Below, piece by piece: positions 52,466 through 64,000 of a stretch of 64,000 bases of DNA (position 1 is its first letter; each line of letters starts with the position of its first letter). The stretch covers positions 18,476,001-18,540,000 of the forward strand of contig NC_043006.1 of assembly GCF_006345805.1 (NCBI RefSeq), read 5' to 3'. The notes beneath the pieces are model-generated. The model did no database searches. It was not told the DNA's origin and saw only the letters and a list, made by a program, of their open reading frames with translations. The position numbers and the translations under genes were made by a program. The stretch comes from Octopus sinensis (lineage: Eukaryota).

Positions 52466-52628
52466 TAAAAATTTTAAAATTATGTCATTTTAAGGAAAGG
52501 AAAAAAATTTTTCCAATATTCTCCAGACATTTTGACACAAATATATATATTTTTTAACATTTAAGCCTTCTGTCGTTTTTTCACACTTTACTATTTTCTT
52601 ATATATATATATATATATATATATACAT

Positions 52629-52666
<38 letters not shown>

Positions 52667-52760
52667 GCAAACATAAAAGAGTAAAAGAGTAAAAGAGTAT
52701 ATATTATGTATAAATATATGAATATATATGTATATATATTATATGCATCTCTCTCTCTCT

Positions 52761-52815
<55 letters not shown>

Positions 52816-53229
52816 TATAGTATGGAATATAATTTCAAAACTTACAGGGAAAATTCAATTTAACAATTTTAATCCATTTCACAATATATAATATATGTAT
52901 ATAATTTAGAGGAAAACCTCTATTAAACAATTCAATAAAGAAAGATGTTATTCACACAATATAGAAAACATATACTATAAAAAAACCTTATTTTAAAAAT
53001 CAATAAAGTACAATATATAGTAAATAGTAGTACTATTTGCTCTTTACTATTTATTGTACCTTATTGATTTTTAGAATAAGATTTTTATAGTATATGCTTT
53101 CTATATGGCGTGAATAACATCTTTCATTATTGAATTGTTTAATAGAGGTTTTTCTATTGTGACCGCGTGTGTACCGTTGGCGATTTTTTTCCCTCCGTCT
53201 TCCCTTCTCTGGATCTTTCCTTTTCCTAT

Positions 53230-53264
53230 GTTTCTGACGAAGAGCTCCGCTCGAAACGTTAAAC
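53230..53264 (+). ncRNA. Minimal type I hammerhead, canonical core
   Basis: GTTT-CTGACGA-A-GAGC tcc GCTC-GAAA-CG-TT-AAAC; within a (TA)n-bounded non-coding unit ~52820-53370. Confidence 0.75.
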
Positions 53265-53370
53265 CTTCCTTCTTCCCTTCCTTCCTGAGCGTCCAATAAT
53301 ACTATATTTGTTCCACGTCCTCACGTTGTTGTGTTTTCTCTTTGTGTTTTCATGTTTGGATTAACTTTAT

Positions 53371-53421
<51 letters not shown>

Positions 53422-53499
53422 CGGCGAGCTGGCAGGAACGTTAGCGTGCCGGGCGAAGTGTGCTAAGTCACTTTCTATTCTATTCTTTTCCAATGCTAA

Positions 53500-56145
53500 A
53501 ACTTTGCTATGTCTACGTGACTCAAATTTAACGGCCCTTTTTAGGGCATATCACCAGTTGTTATTGATGATAGCTCCTTTTAACGCCCGCTTCCAGTAAC
53601 AGGGGTGCTGTCTACAAAATCTAAGTCACGCTTACAGATCACAAACTTGTGATCCGTATAGCTGACGATCTGGAATTGTGAACAACTAACGCTAGATTTG
53701 TCACCTAACCTAATGAATACTCTAAGTAGGATCTAGGAGACCCGGAGCTGTTAGTCCCTGTCCACATAAGAGCATCCGGGTGATCCATTCTAAACCTGTC
53801 AGCCAAGTTGAAAGCGACTGAGCATGTTAGTGAGGCAAGTATTTTCTTTTCTAGTTGGAGTTGAGCCAACACAATCCACACGTGCATCTAGGATTGTGTT
53901 AAAGTCATCAAATAACACTTACGTGCGCGACGTCCCAAGGAAAGCTTGTAGGCGTCTGAAGTAGTCGGATTGCCTTGTGTCGTTTGGGGCATAAACTGCA
54001 ACCAGTCTGAAGGCGCTGTTACTGCTATGTGTCGTATCCAAGACCACCAGCATGCCATCTGGGTCCACAAAGAATGTCTTGATATCTAAATCCAGGCCTT
54101 TCCGGAATAAAACCACAATACCTCCACCTCCTCTAGGCTGGCTTAGAGATATGTAAATCTCATAATGATCGAAGAGGAGTGAAAGAGCTTGTGATCCGGC
54201 CAGCCTGGTTTCACTGGTGACTACCACATCCAAATCCCATGACCTGAGATCGTTTAGCAAGCGCGCTTGCTTCCAATATGATCCCAGGCCACGCACATTC
54301 ACACTGCCAAGCCTGAACGCAACCATGATGAATAGAATTAATTACTTGCTTGGTGACGGGGTGGGGGTGTAGATATATCTTCCCCTCTCGGTGTATCTTG
54401 TGTGGCGCTCTTGGCTGAGTTTTTGTGATTGGGAAAGGGTGTGGATTTATCCTCTCCTCCCGTCGTGGCTTGTGGGGCGTCGTTAATTAAGTTCCGGTAA
54501 ATGTGTTTAGTAAAATTTAATTGTAATGTTCCAATGTCATGAGGATGCTGTTTTTTCAGTTCCGTGTATGAATGACAGTCGAGTTGTATTAATTGGATCC
54601 GTTCAGGAATTTGTGAATGTGAAAGATGATATGCGAGGATTTTCGTTTAAGTGTTTCGTTAATTGTGTGTTCTTTGTGTTGATTGACGTGTGTTGATGAC
54701 AGATTCTGGAGTATGGGGTTCAGGTGTGTGTGGAGATGTGTGTGCTTGTATTGTGGCGTGTGTCTGTGGGGTGGAGGGGGTTGGGGAAGTGTTTTTTCTT
54801 TTCCTTCTTTTTTTTAGCCACCTCTTCCCATTCCTGCTCTGTTGTAGAATTGTCTTGCCTTTTTTGTGGTAGTGTTTGTGCTGGATGATGTGGGGTTTTG
54901 TTTGATGGTGTTATCCGTCGGTGTTCGAATCAGGGCTTGTTGGTGGTATTGGGTTGGTGTTGGTTTCCTTCGCCAGGTGTTTTGGAAGCACGTCTGGCGG
55001 AGGATGGCCCATTTCTGGGTTATCCAATCCGCAAGAGCTTCTAATGTGGCACTTTTGACCTCATTTGTAGCATCTGGGCCGTCGACCCTCCACTATGACT
55101 CGGAGGGCCGTGCCATCTGATAATTTCATTAAGTCGGGTGTAACTTCGAGATCCTATTGTGTGGCCAGTATTATTATTTCGAGGCCTTGACTCCATCAGT
55201 TCTGTTGGTGCAGCTTCGTGACCTGCAGTATGGAAATGCTACTTTCCAAATCCAGCAAGACAGCAGCCACGATCCACACCACGTCAATTTCTGGTGGGAC
55301 TTACCCAGTTTTTATTTTAGATGTGCGTTTAGCCATATAAGTGGGCTGTAGCACCAGTTCGCTGGTTTTCAGAGGCACTGTGGAGTGTTCTTTTGCTTCT
55401 TCGGAAGCGAAACTTACCCCCCACAGTGCCATATTTCCCCCTCTTGCTACGTATTTGGTACCGCCCCAAATGGGCTTCAGGTATTTTTCTATGGTTTCCT
55501 TTGGCATATGTTCAACTTTTTTCGTTTTTAGTGAAAGTCTTTTAAATATTATTGTTTTCCTGGTGGTTTGTTGCACTATATCACCGGTTGGAGTTGAATT
55601 TATATTATTCCCTTCACGCTTTGCTAAGATTTTATATTTTACTAGATCAAGTTGGTTAAGTTTTAGGTTTTCCTGGTTTATAGTTGCCATCGATGCGAAC
55701 CAGCGTCGGTTTGGTTTGCTCAATTCATTTGCCTTGTCGGTAAATTCTTTTTCATTGTTGTACATTTGACGTATGTTTTGGTTTTTTTTTCGGTGTTCAC
55801 TTCCTTCAGTTCGCGACAAGGAACAGCTGGAAACATCTCTTGGTACATCTCGTTAAGTTTGTTGATATTGGGGGCGTTGTCTGTGTTTTGGCTGGAAGCC
55901 ATAGTTTTAAAAATATGTAAATAGATTATACAAGAAGTTTAAAAGAATTTCAATTTGCTCCTTAAAGGAGGAATTTCTAGACTCGATACTTCCCCTGCTA
56001 AGCAGATTCAGAATCGATGACACACAAAATTCACAAAAATTACCCAGTTTAGATAAACAAATGGCAGAACTCACGAGGAGGAAAAAACTCGTCCGTTCGG
56101 TAAGAAATTGTCGAACACGAATACGTTGATACGACGAGAGAGTCC
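53500..56145 (-). mobile_element. Tx1/L1-clade element, 5' half (5' UTR, broken ORF1, APE domain of ORF2)
   Basis: ORF1 from 55902 (MASSQNTD...) with VIVEGRRPRCYK*GQKCHIRSSC zinc knuckle; ORF2 from 54326 with GSVNVRGL, VVTSETRL, AVYAPND, DFN, SYTDHK (APE motifs). Confidence 0.9.
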
Positions 56146-56146
56146 A

Positions 56147-56370
<224 letters not shown>

Positions 56371-56511
56371 CTTTAATATTTTGCACTAATGGGCATATGT
56401 CGATTAGTGTGTTGAAGTGTCGAGTACAGTACTGGCACAGTTTGGGCTACCTGGTGTCATCCGCAGTCGGGGTGTATTTCCGTTGGGTCTACTTCAGAAA
56501 CTCCGCACTCC

Positions 56512-56938
56512 ACTTACTAAGATAGTGCTTCTTGTGTCTAATGAGTCGTTTTGTTTCTTATTTCTAGCAATGCTGGTACCACTTTGTACCCTTGTCACTT
56601 TAGTGGCATTTACCTTTTGGTTTTAAATTGCTATTAAAATACCTCCATTATTTATAGTATATATTTCTGCCGTTTTGAAATTTCACATGCTGTCAACGGC
56701 TTTTCTTATAAGTTGACGAGGCGAGTTGAGCTTAACCCTAGGCGCAGTAAGATCCACTGACGAGAATTGTGATGCTATGTATCTGAATTCGAAATCACGT
56801 GATATGGGTATATCTGTTACTTCAGTAGGGATCTTTGTAAACTTACTAAGATAGTGCTTCTTGTGGCTAATGAGTCATTTTGACTCTTATTTCTAGCAAT
56901 GCTGGTACTACTTTGTACCTTTGTCACTTTAGTGGCAT
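56512..56938 (+). mobile_element. 329-bp non-coding unit with ~98-bp terminal direct repeat and internal hammerhead (retrozyme or Penelope pseudo-LTR type)
   Basis: 56512-56609 repeats at 56841-56938 with few substitutions; hammerhead between them. Confidence 0.6.
56752..56809 (+). ncRNA. Type I hammerhead, canonical core, long stems
   Basis: ATCCA-CTGACGA-GAATT(gt GATG cta TATC-type inner hairpin)AATTC-GAAA-TCACGTGA-TA-TGGGT; stem III is the 10-nt palindrome ATCACGTGAT; predicted cut 3' of A56804. Confidence 0.82.
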
Positions 56939-57079
56939 GTATAAATTTACCCATATACATGTATATATATATAAATTTGCTATTCAGATATCATGTACAA
57001 ATGTAAATATATATATATAAATACACACATACACACTTATATATTCATATATGTGAATCTATATACTCATTTACTCTCA

Positions 57080-57500
57080 GTTACTCATTTACTTGTTTCA
57101 GTCATTTGACTGTGGCCATGCTGGACCACCGCCTTTAGTCGAGGAAATCGACCCCAGGACTTATTCTTTGTAAGCCTAGTACTTATTCTATCGGTCTATT
57201 TTGCCGAACCGCTAAGTTACGGAGACGTAAACAAACCAGCATCGGTTGTCAAGCGATGTTGGGGGACGACAAACACAACACACAAACATATACACACACA
57301 CACATACACACACACATATATATATATATATACATATATACGACGGGCTTCTTTCAGTTTCCGTCTACCAAATCCACTCACAAGGCTTTGGTCGGCCCGA
57401 GGCTATAGTAGAAGACGCCCAAGATGCCAGGCAGTGGGACTGAACCCGGAACCATGTGGTTCGTAAGCAAGCTACTTACCACACAGCCACTCCTACGCCT
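57080..57500 (-). mobile_element. SINE family C, full length
   Basis: Near-identical to 7966-8385. Confidence 0.93.
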
Positions 57501-58399
57501 ATATATTAATATTTATACAATATAATATTATAGAACTATTTCAGCCAATTTTACCAATCGGCTTTGCACACGAGTTGGATGACAAGCCAATCACGGCGCT
57601 CATCAGAAGGGCTGGCATGAAAGATATGGTGACGGATTTCTGTTTCTGATGGTCAGTAAAGTGATAATTCTGTTTTGTGGATGCTGGAAAAGCCGGAGTG
57701 AAATAACCCTTGATGTTCAGCGGGGAATTCATCTAGAGTTATGCTACTTGCATAAATGTCGGAGTGCCTTCACGGTAAGAATGTTAACTGCCTGAACAGT
57801 TGGGTTGCAGCTTGATGCGGGTGGTATGAGGTTGTGTGTGCATAGGGAAGGAGACGGAAAATATGGATGGGGTTGCTGTCCAATCTTAAAATATGTGTGG
57901 ACATGTAAGTGTATATGTATATATGTGTTTATATGTGATAGCTTGGGTGTGAAAGATATATTGCTAAACGTTAAATGTGTGATGATGGAAAGCACATTTT
58001 TGTGGAAGCTCAGTATTTATAATCATGATACAGTCTACTTGTATGCATGCATATACTTCCTTTTATGTGAGCTCGATTGAAAAATCTTGCTTTTTTAATT
58101 TTAGGTAGGTATCTGAGTACTTTAGTAAAGTTATTTTCTCCACCAGGCATATCCTGCAACTCCTACTGTTATTGAAGTAAATCTGGCACTTCCCCAGAGA
58201 TCTTCACTTGGTGATGTCATCCCTAAACCTTTTTTCAAAGACAATAGGAGCCTAGCTATGGCTGTAACATTTCGCATCACTGGATTTTAATGGATTTATG
58301 ATTGCTAAAGGGACCTTCGATCTGACAGCTGGGTTCTTTGATATTACTTTTGTCTTATATAAAACGGTCTCTGTCTGTTTATCTATCTGTAGTGGTTTT

Positions 58400-59410
58400 T
58401 GTGGATGCTGCTATGTCAAATTGTCTCTGTTGGCAATGTTGTTGCTGTTTCTGCTGCTGCACTTGTTGTGGTGTCTGTTGTTATGGTTGTAGTGGTGTTA
58501 ATGATTGCTGCGGCTCATTTTCCCCCTTTTCCTTTTTTCCTTCGGGCAATTGACTCTGATGTGACCTGAATCGCCACAGAAGTAACCTCGCGGCCTTCTT
58601 CCTTCAACGATCGCCAGCAGATACTGGTCTCCAGGGATTTCTATTAGGTCGGGAATTTTTTCTACAGCTTTTGGTTTTACTTGCAGTAGGATTTCCAACC
58701 CTATCCCAGCCAACTTCTTTTTGGAGTTATGGATTTCTAGGAGTCTTTTAGGATCTTCCAGGTCCACAGTTTTTGCTACGCACCAGAAATCGATTTCTGG
58801 TGGTATGTTACGTATTTTTATTCGGATCACTCTCTGACCCAGATAGATGGGAATTAAAGTGAACTCCTCCATTTTTAATAGAACAGTTGAGTGTTTTTGT
58901 GTTAGTGATTCCGACTGGAATAAAACCTTGATGTAGCCGAACATTGGGGCGTGATAGACAAAGCTGACATCCTCCCATATATTTTTCAGGCAGAGCTCGG
59001 CTTGGTCAGATGGGTTTTTTCCAGTCTTCTTCTTTTCATGGACAGACATCTGTACACGATTGTTTTATTTTCTTTCGGTTGCCTCTAGCAGGTTTTGAGG
59101 TACATTTAGTGTATCATTTCTTTCTTCATGTCTTATAATCCTATCAGCTTCCCTTAAATGTTCTTCCTTATCCTTTAACTACATAATTTCGAACTTATTT
59201 GTAACTTTTGCGAAAGAAACGTTATTTCTATTTGAACCTATTCTTTGTTTGAAATTTTACTGATTTGTGTGGTGGTCATAGTGGTGGTGGTGGTGATATT
59301 TTCCTTGCTTCCTTGAACGAATTCTCATAACTCCTGACACTTCTACTGTGGTTGTTGATGTTGTCATTGCTGTTACTACTCCTCCTGCTACTATCACTAT
59401 CATTTTCATC
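58400..59410 (-). mobile_element. Second Tx1/L1-type ORF1 relic
   Basis: ORF 59049-58498: KHSTVLLK...IKIRNIPPEID...AIVEGRRPRGYFCGDSGHIRVNC aligns with EHSTVPLK...KIKTG.VPPEID...VIVEGRRPRC of the element at 53500-56145. Confidence 0.82.
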
Positions 59411-59719
59411 TAGAGTGAGCGGGGCGAGTGACGGCGAAAGACTATTTCGCGTTCTACAACTCCTCCCACTTCCCTCTCTTGTTCACTCGCTGGCAAATAC
59501 GACGACACGATATTAAATTTTGCAAATTTTGAAAGGAAAGTTAATTTTCTTTTCGAGTTATTTTTACCTGCAGGGCAAAAAAAAAAATAACATTGTTAGT
59601 CAGATCAATAAGGTCTAGATTAAGTTAGTCACAAGTTATAACAATAAAATGTAACAATAGAAATATTTTTAGAGGTAAACAAAGCACACACTTACGGAAC
59701 TTCAAAATACACGACCATC

Positions 59720-59876
59720 TCTGGTGACAATGATAATAATAATAATAATAATAAAAATAATAATAATAATAATAAAAATAATAATAATAATGATAATAAT
59801 AATAATAGTAATGATGATGATGATGATGATGATGATGACGACGACAACAACAACAACAACAACAATAATAATAATG

Positions 59877-59955
<79 letters not shown>

Positions 59956-60105
59956 TAACAATAATGATAACATCAACAAGAACAACACTAATAATAACAA
60001 TGATAATAATAATCACAATAATAATAATAATAATAATAATATAATAATAATAATAATAATAATAATGATGATGATGATGATGATAACAACAACAACAACA
60101 ACAAC

Positions 60106-60161
<56 letters not shown>

Positions 60162-60180
60162 CAATAACAATGATAGTAAT
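59720..60180 (+). repeat. Compound (AAT)/(GAT)/(AAC) tract
   Basis: Direct reading. Confidence 0.95.
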
Positions 60181-60340
60181 AATTGGAGCTGCTATCAGGC
60201 TCGAAATAATCCGGAAGACAGGCTTGTTGTGTACAGTTCGCATTCTAACGAAAGTATTAACTCTTTGAGTCACAGGAAAAGTCTCTATTTGAAACTTTTG
60301 GTGATTTGTTATTGCCTGCTTTCAAGTAAAGAACAACCGG
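60181..60340 (+). mobile_element. Extreme 3' end of an R4/Dong-type ORF
   Basis: IRLEIIRKTGLLCTVRILTKVLTL* resembles the QKT.LLGTARILR.VL end of the other relics; directly after (AAT)n. Confidence 0.55.
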
Positions 60341-60516
60341 TGATTAAGAACACTCCGAGAACCTTTCATAATCATATCTATAAAAGGGAGGATGTGTATG
60401 CGTGTGTGCATGTACGTGATTGAAATTTATGCACGTCCACAATTTAGCACGCATGTCGTTCCAATTTTAGGAGGACATTTGTCAACATCCTATCTGGCTT
60501 TTGTCAACTTATTTTT

Positions 60517-61050
60517 TTCACGGGAAAGACAAAGTGAGAGAGGGAGAGACAGAGAGTAAATGACAACGTTCTTGCCAGCGTCTAACAAAAAAAATAAGAT
60601 AAAGAAAAGTGGAAGAAGGAGGCAGAGAGTTTCACGGGAAAGACAAAGTGAGAAAGGGAGAGAGAGAGAGAGAGTAAATGACAACGTTCTTGCCAGCGTC
60701 TAACAAAAAAAAATAAGATAAAGAAAAGTGGAAGAAGGAGGCAGAGAGTTTCACGGGAAAGACAAAGTGAGAGAGGGAGAGAGAGAGAGAGAGTAAATGA
60801 CAACGTTCTTGCCAGCGTCTAACAAAAAAAATAAAGAAAAGTGAAAGGAGGTGGCAGAGAATTTCACGGGAAAGACAAAGTGAGAGAGGAAGAGAGAGAG
60901 AGAGAGTAAATGACAACGTTCTTGCCAGCGTCTAACAAAAAAAATAAGATAAAGAAAAGTGGAAGAAAGAGGCTGAGAGATTCACAGGAAAGACAACGTG
61001 AGAGAGGTAGAGAGAGAGAGAGAGAGAGAGAGAGAGTAAGTTATGACGTT
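60517..61050 (+). repeat. Minisatellite, ~4.5 units of 113-119 bp
   Basis: TTCAC(G/A)GGAAAGACAA starts at 60517, 60631, 60750, 60863, 60981; length varies mainly through an internal (AG)n. Confidence 0.95.
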
Positions 61051-62172
61051 CATAAAAAATAAAATGTAAAATATTTTGTTTTGTTTTTGAAAGACACTAT
61101 ATTTTATAATCATAGTATATATACTTTCTCACACAACAATTAGAATATACTGCGTTCCCTTTTGTTTGTTTGTGCGCATGTGTGTGGGTCAGTGTGTGTG
61201 TGTGTGCCTATACATGCACGCATGTACGTATGTATGTATGTGTGTGTGTTTGCATGTGTTTGTATGTTAGATATGTAAATAAACAGATCAATATACAGAC
61301 GGATAGGTATATAGATTATATGAACAGATACACATGGAGACACGGATCCACACATATAAAGATGCACATCCATCGATACAAACATGGTACAAATTTACAT
61401 AACACACACACACACAGATATGCACATACAAGGAGACAGAGGTGCATATATATATATATATACATACACATGCTCACACATACATAGAAAATACAAAAAC
61501 ACGGACAGAAATCATTTATTTGTTTTAAATCGTTCATCTTTCTCCCTCTCTCTCTCTCACACACACACATTACTTTGGGTGCGAAAGAGTTTTGTTTTGA
61601 TTTTAAGCCGAGTAAAAAGTGTTTTGTTGACAATCCATTTTATTAACAATAAAAAACAAAACAAAACAAAGAGGTGAGTAATAATTTGTCAGTGAATTAC
61701 ACAATATAAATGGGTACAATTTGCGAGGCTTCGAACACACCCCACTCCGTTTCACGGACCACAAAAAGGGTTTTGAGGCCAGAGTAGTTGATTCCACACA
61801 AAAAAAAAACGATTTTTTTTCTTAGTGAAAATCGTGCGGGTGTTAATCTACAAATTTAACAACATTTTTCCCATTCATTTCTGTTTATGAACATGTATGC
61901 GTGCACAAAACATGCAATAGGTGTACGTACGTACGTGTGTGTATGTGTGTTCGTGTCTATTGCTCATATATATTTATATTATATTATATATATATAATAT
62001 ATATATATAACATATATATATAATATAACTAATTTCAACGGATTTCGCCCAAATTTGACGTTTTTATTACTTAGTTTGGTTTGAAATAAAGAACTTGATT
62101 AGCTTAATAATCGTAACTTAATCCCAGGCAAGGCCGGGTTATACTGCTAGTAATAATGATAATAACAACAAC

Positions 62173-62210
<38 letters not shown>

Positions 62211-62212
<2 letters not shown>

Positions 62213-62730
62213 CTGATCTTAACTGATTGGAAGTGTTATCATGTACATTGTTTTGTCTTGGTATAAAAGATGGGCTACAGTAAATACTCTGCTCAATACC
62301 ACAGATTTGCTTATTAGTTGTTTGACCTTAACCAGTTGAGCATGTCCCTTAGTGGCTGACAATATGTGCCTCACTGATCCCAAGCTGAAGTAGTGGAGGA
62401 GTATCATAGCCGTGTGTTGAAAGGAATTCTTGGAGGTTTGGATAATTCACCTTTGGAAACATGGGTGGTTCGTTCAACATCCTTAAACAATCCTTATTCA
62501 GGGACCTTTTGAGCGGGATGGGCTACTCAAACAGAAGAAAATTCTAACTGGGCCCCACCCGCAAGGTCATGCGCTGTTTATCTTGATATGAGATCACCAT
62601 GTTGCGCACATATGGTTGTGATACATGTGCCTGGTGTACCCTTATCAAACAGGTAGTCATGATGGGTATATTTTACTTCGTATATTTTACCCCAGTGTCA
62701 CTTTGATGGCATGCACTGCTCTCTCACTCA
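62211..62730 (+). mobile_element. Family E element
   Basis: Matches 2031-2589 with a short 5' deletion; (AAT)n flanks. Confidence 0.88.
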
Positions 62731-62754
62731 ATAATAATGGTTTCAAAATTTGCC

Positions 62755-63110
62755 ATGGTAGGAAATGTGTCAATTACATCAACTCCAGTGCTCAACTGGT
62801 ACCTGATTTATCGATCCCGAAAGGGTGAAAGGCAAAATCGACCATGGCGGAATTTGAACTCAGAACGTAGCAGCTGACGAAATACCTATTTCTTTACTAC
62901 CCACAAGGGGCTAAACACAGAGGGGACAAACAAGGACAGACATAGGTATTAAGTCGATTACATCGACCCCAGTACGTAACTAGTACTTAATTTATCGACC
63001 CCGAAAGGATGAAAGGCAAAGTCGACCTCGGCGGAATTTGAACTCACAACGTAACGCAGACGAAATACCGCTAAGCATTTCGCCCGGTGTGCTAACGTTT
63101 CTGCCAGCTA
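62755..63110 (-). mobile_element. SINE B1 joined to a headless B2 body
   Basis: Minus: B1 (63110-62887) ends AAAGAAATA and continues directly into GGTATTTCGTC..., then B core and B2 tail. Confidence 0.8.
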
Positions 63111-63668
63111 ATAAAGCGAAATAGAACCAGTGTGTATGTTTATAACTAGCATAATTTCTATCCCACCCCCACCGCATTCGAGATATAAGAAAATCCGTTT
63201 CAGTATGCAAGTTCACTTCAAGAATCTTGTAACCACTCACGTACACGCACACGCACACACATCCACCCCCCAACACTTAAAATTAACAAAAAATATATAA
63301 TGGCTTTATTTTTCAGTGTGATTTAGGTAAGTATCTTTCAATGCATTATTCCATTGCATTATTATTCTTGCTCTACTCTAACATTTTGTGCACAATGAAT
63401 TTATTATATAACCGAAAGCTGTATTAGAATATATATTCTGACACACACAACGTGTATTTCAGTTCATATATTTGTGGATATTGTTTATGACAAATATTAA
63501 TTTCTGTCATGTCATAAAGACTGAACATTGCCTTTTGTAATGTCTTGTTCAATTTCATTATACAATATGAGAGAATAACAAAGTACAACGAGCCAAGATC
63601 ATCAGCACACTCCTCTTAAAACATTCCGAAACAAATACCATTGTTCAAATTGTCCATATTTCCCTTTT

Positions 63669-64000
63669 GTGGAGGCGCAATGGCCAAGTGGTTAGAGCAG
63701 CGGACTCGCGGTCATAGGATCGCTGTTTCGATTCCCAGACCGGGCGTTTGTGAGTGTTTATTGAGCGAAAACACCTAAAGCTCCACGAGGCTCCGGCAGG
63801 GATGGTGGTGATCCCTGCTGTACTCTTTCACCACAACTTTCTCTCACTCTTACTTCCTGTTTCTGTTGTACCTGTATTTTCAAAGGGCCGGTCTTGTCAC
63901 TCTCTGTGTCACGCTGAATATCCCCGAGAACTACGTTAAGGGTACACGTGTCTGTGGAGTGCTCAGCCACTTGCACGTTAATTTCACGAGCAGGCTGTTC
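63669..64000 (+). mobile_element. SINE family A, cut by the window end
   Basis: GGAGGCGCAATGGCCAAGTGGTTAG...GTTTCGATTCCCAGACC head and family A body. Confidence 0.95.

Larger units (their letters stand above)
50594..52606 (-). mobile_element. Penelope-like element, 5'-truncated, with inverted pseudo-LTR
   Basis: RT frame 52163-51678 (YRQKSGIAMGTRAAP, WKRFLDDCF, ELPFLDI, YLLFNSCHP) frameshifts into 51706-50912 (C..C, NIIYVIKCSGCHQDYVGST GIY-YIG-type, RLNKETFFI); 50594-50976 is an almost perfect inverted copy of 52225-52606. Confidence 0.95.

Noticed and set aside
60517-61050. Regularly spaced repeats suggestive of a CRISPR array
   Set aside because: Whole units are repeated with no unique spacers, there are no cas genes, and the context is eukaryotic.
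63669-63745. tRNA-like sequence here and at other SINE heads
   Set aside because: A and B boxes are present but the acceptor stem is incomplete and each continues into a repeated SINE body; not called as tRNA genes.

Overview
AT-rich, repeat-dense eukaryotic DNA, most likely an octopus (inferred from a cox1 NUMT read with the invertebrate mitochondrial code and the SINE families; not confirmed by search). I found no intact protein-coding gene. There is one good host exon (7473-7555, resembling the C-terminal TPR region of TTC23-like proteins) and a ~205 bp cox1 NUMT. The rest is mobile DNA and microsatellites. Short interspersed repeats (my labels): tRNA-headed SINEs A, B and C, a (GAT)n-tailed retroposon D and an (AAT)n-bounded non-coding unit E. 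Other elements: eight R4/Dong-type LINE relics, Tx1/L1 relics, a CR1 3' end, two Penelope-like elements with inverted-repeat architecture, a Gypsy pol relic, two mariner derivatives and four non-autonomous Helitrons. The most unusual signal, invisible in the ORF track, is a set of type I hammerhead ribozymes in Penelope-type repeats. Three unrelated families carry a compensatory U3-A8 core instead of C3-G8, one family carries U at position 6, and one long-stemmed canonical hammerhead sits in a 329-bp terminally redundant unit resembling a non-LTR retrozyme. All RNA folds were done by eye; no ribozyme activity is demonstrated.
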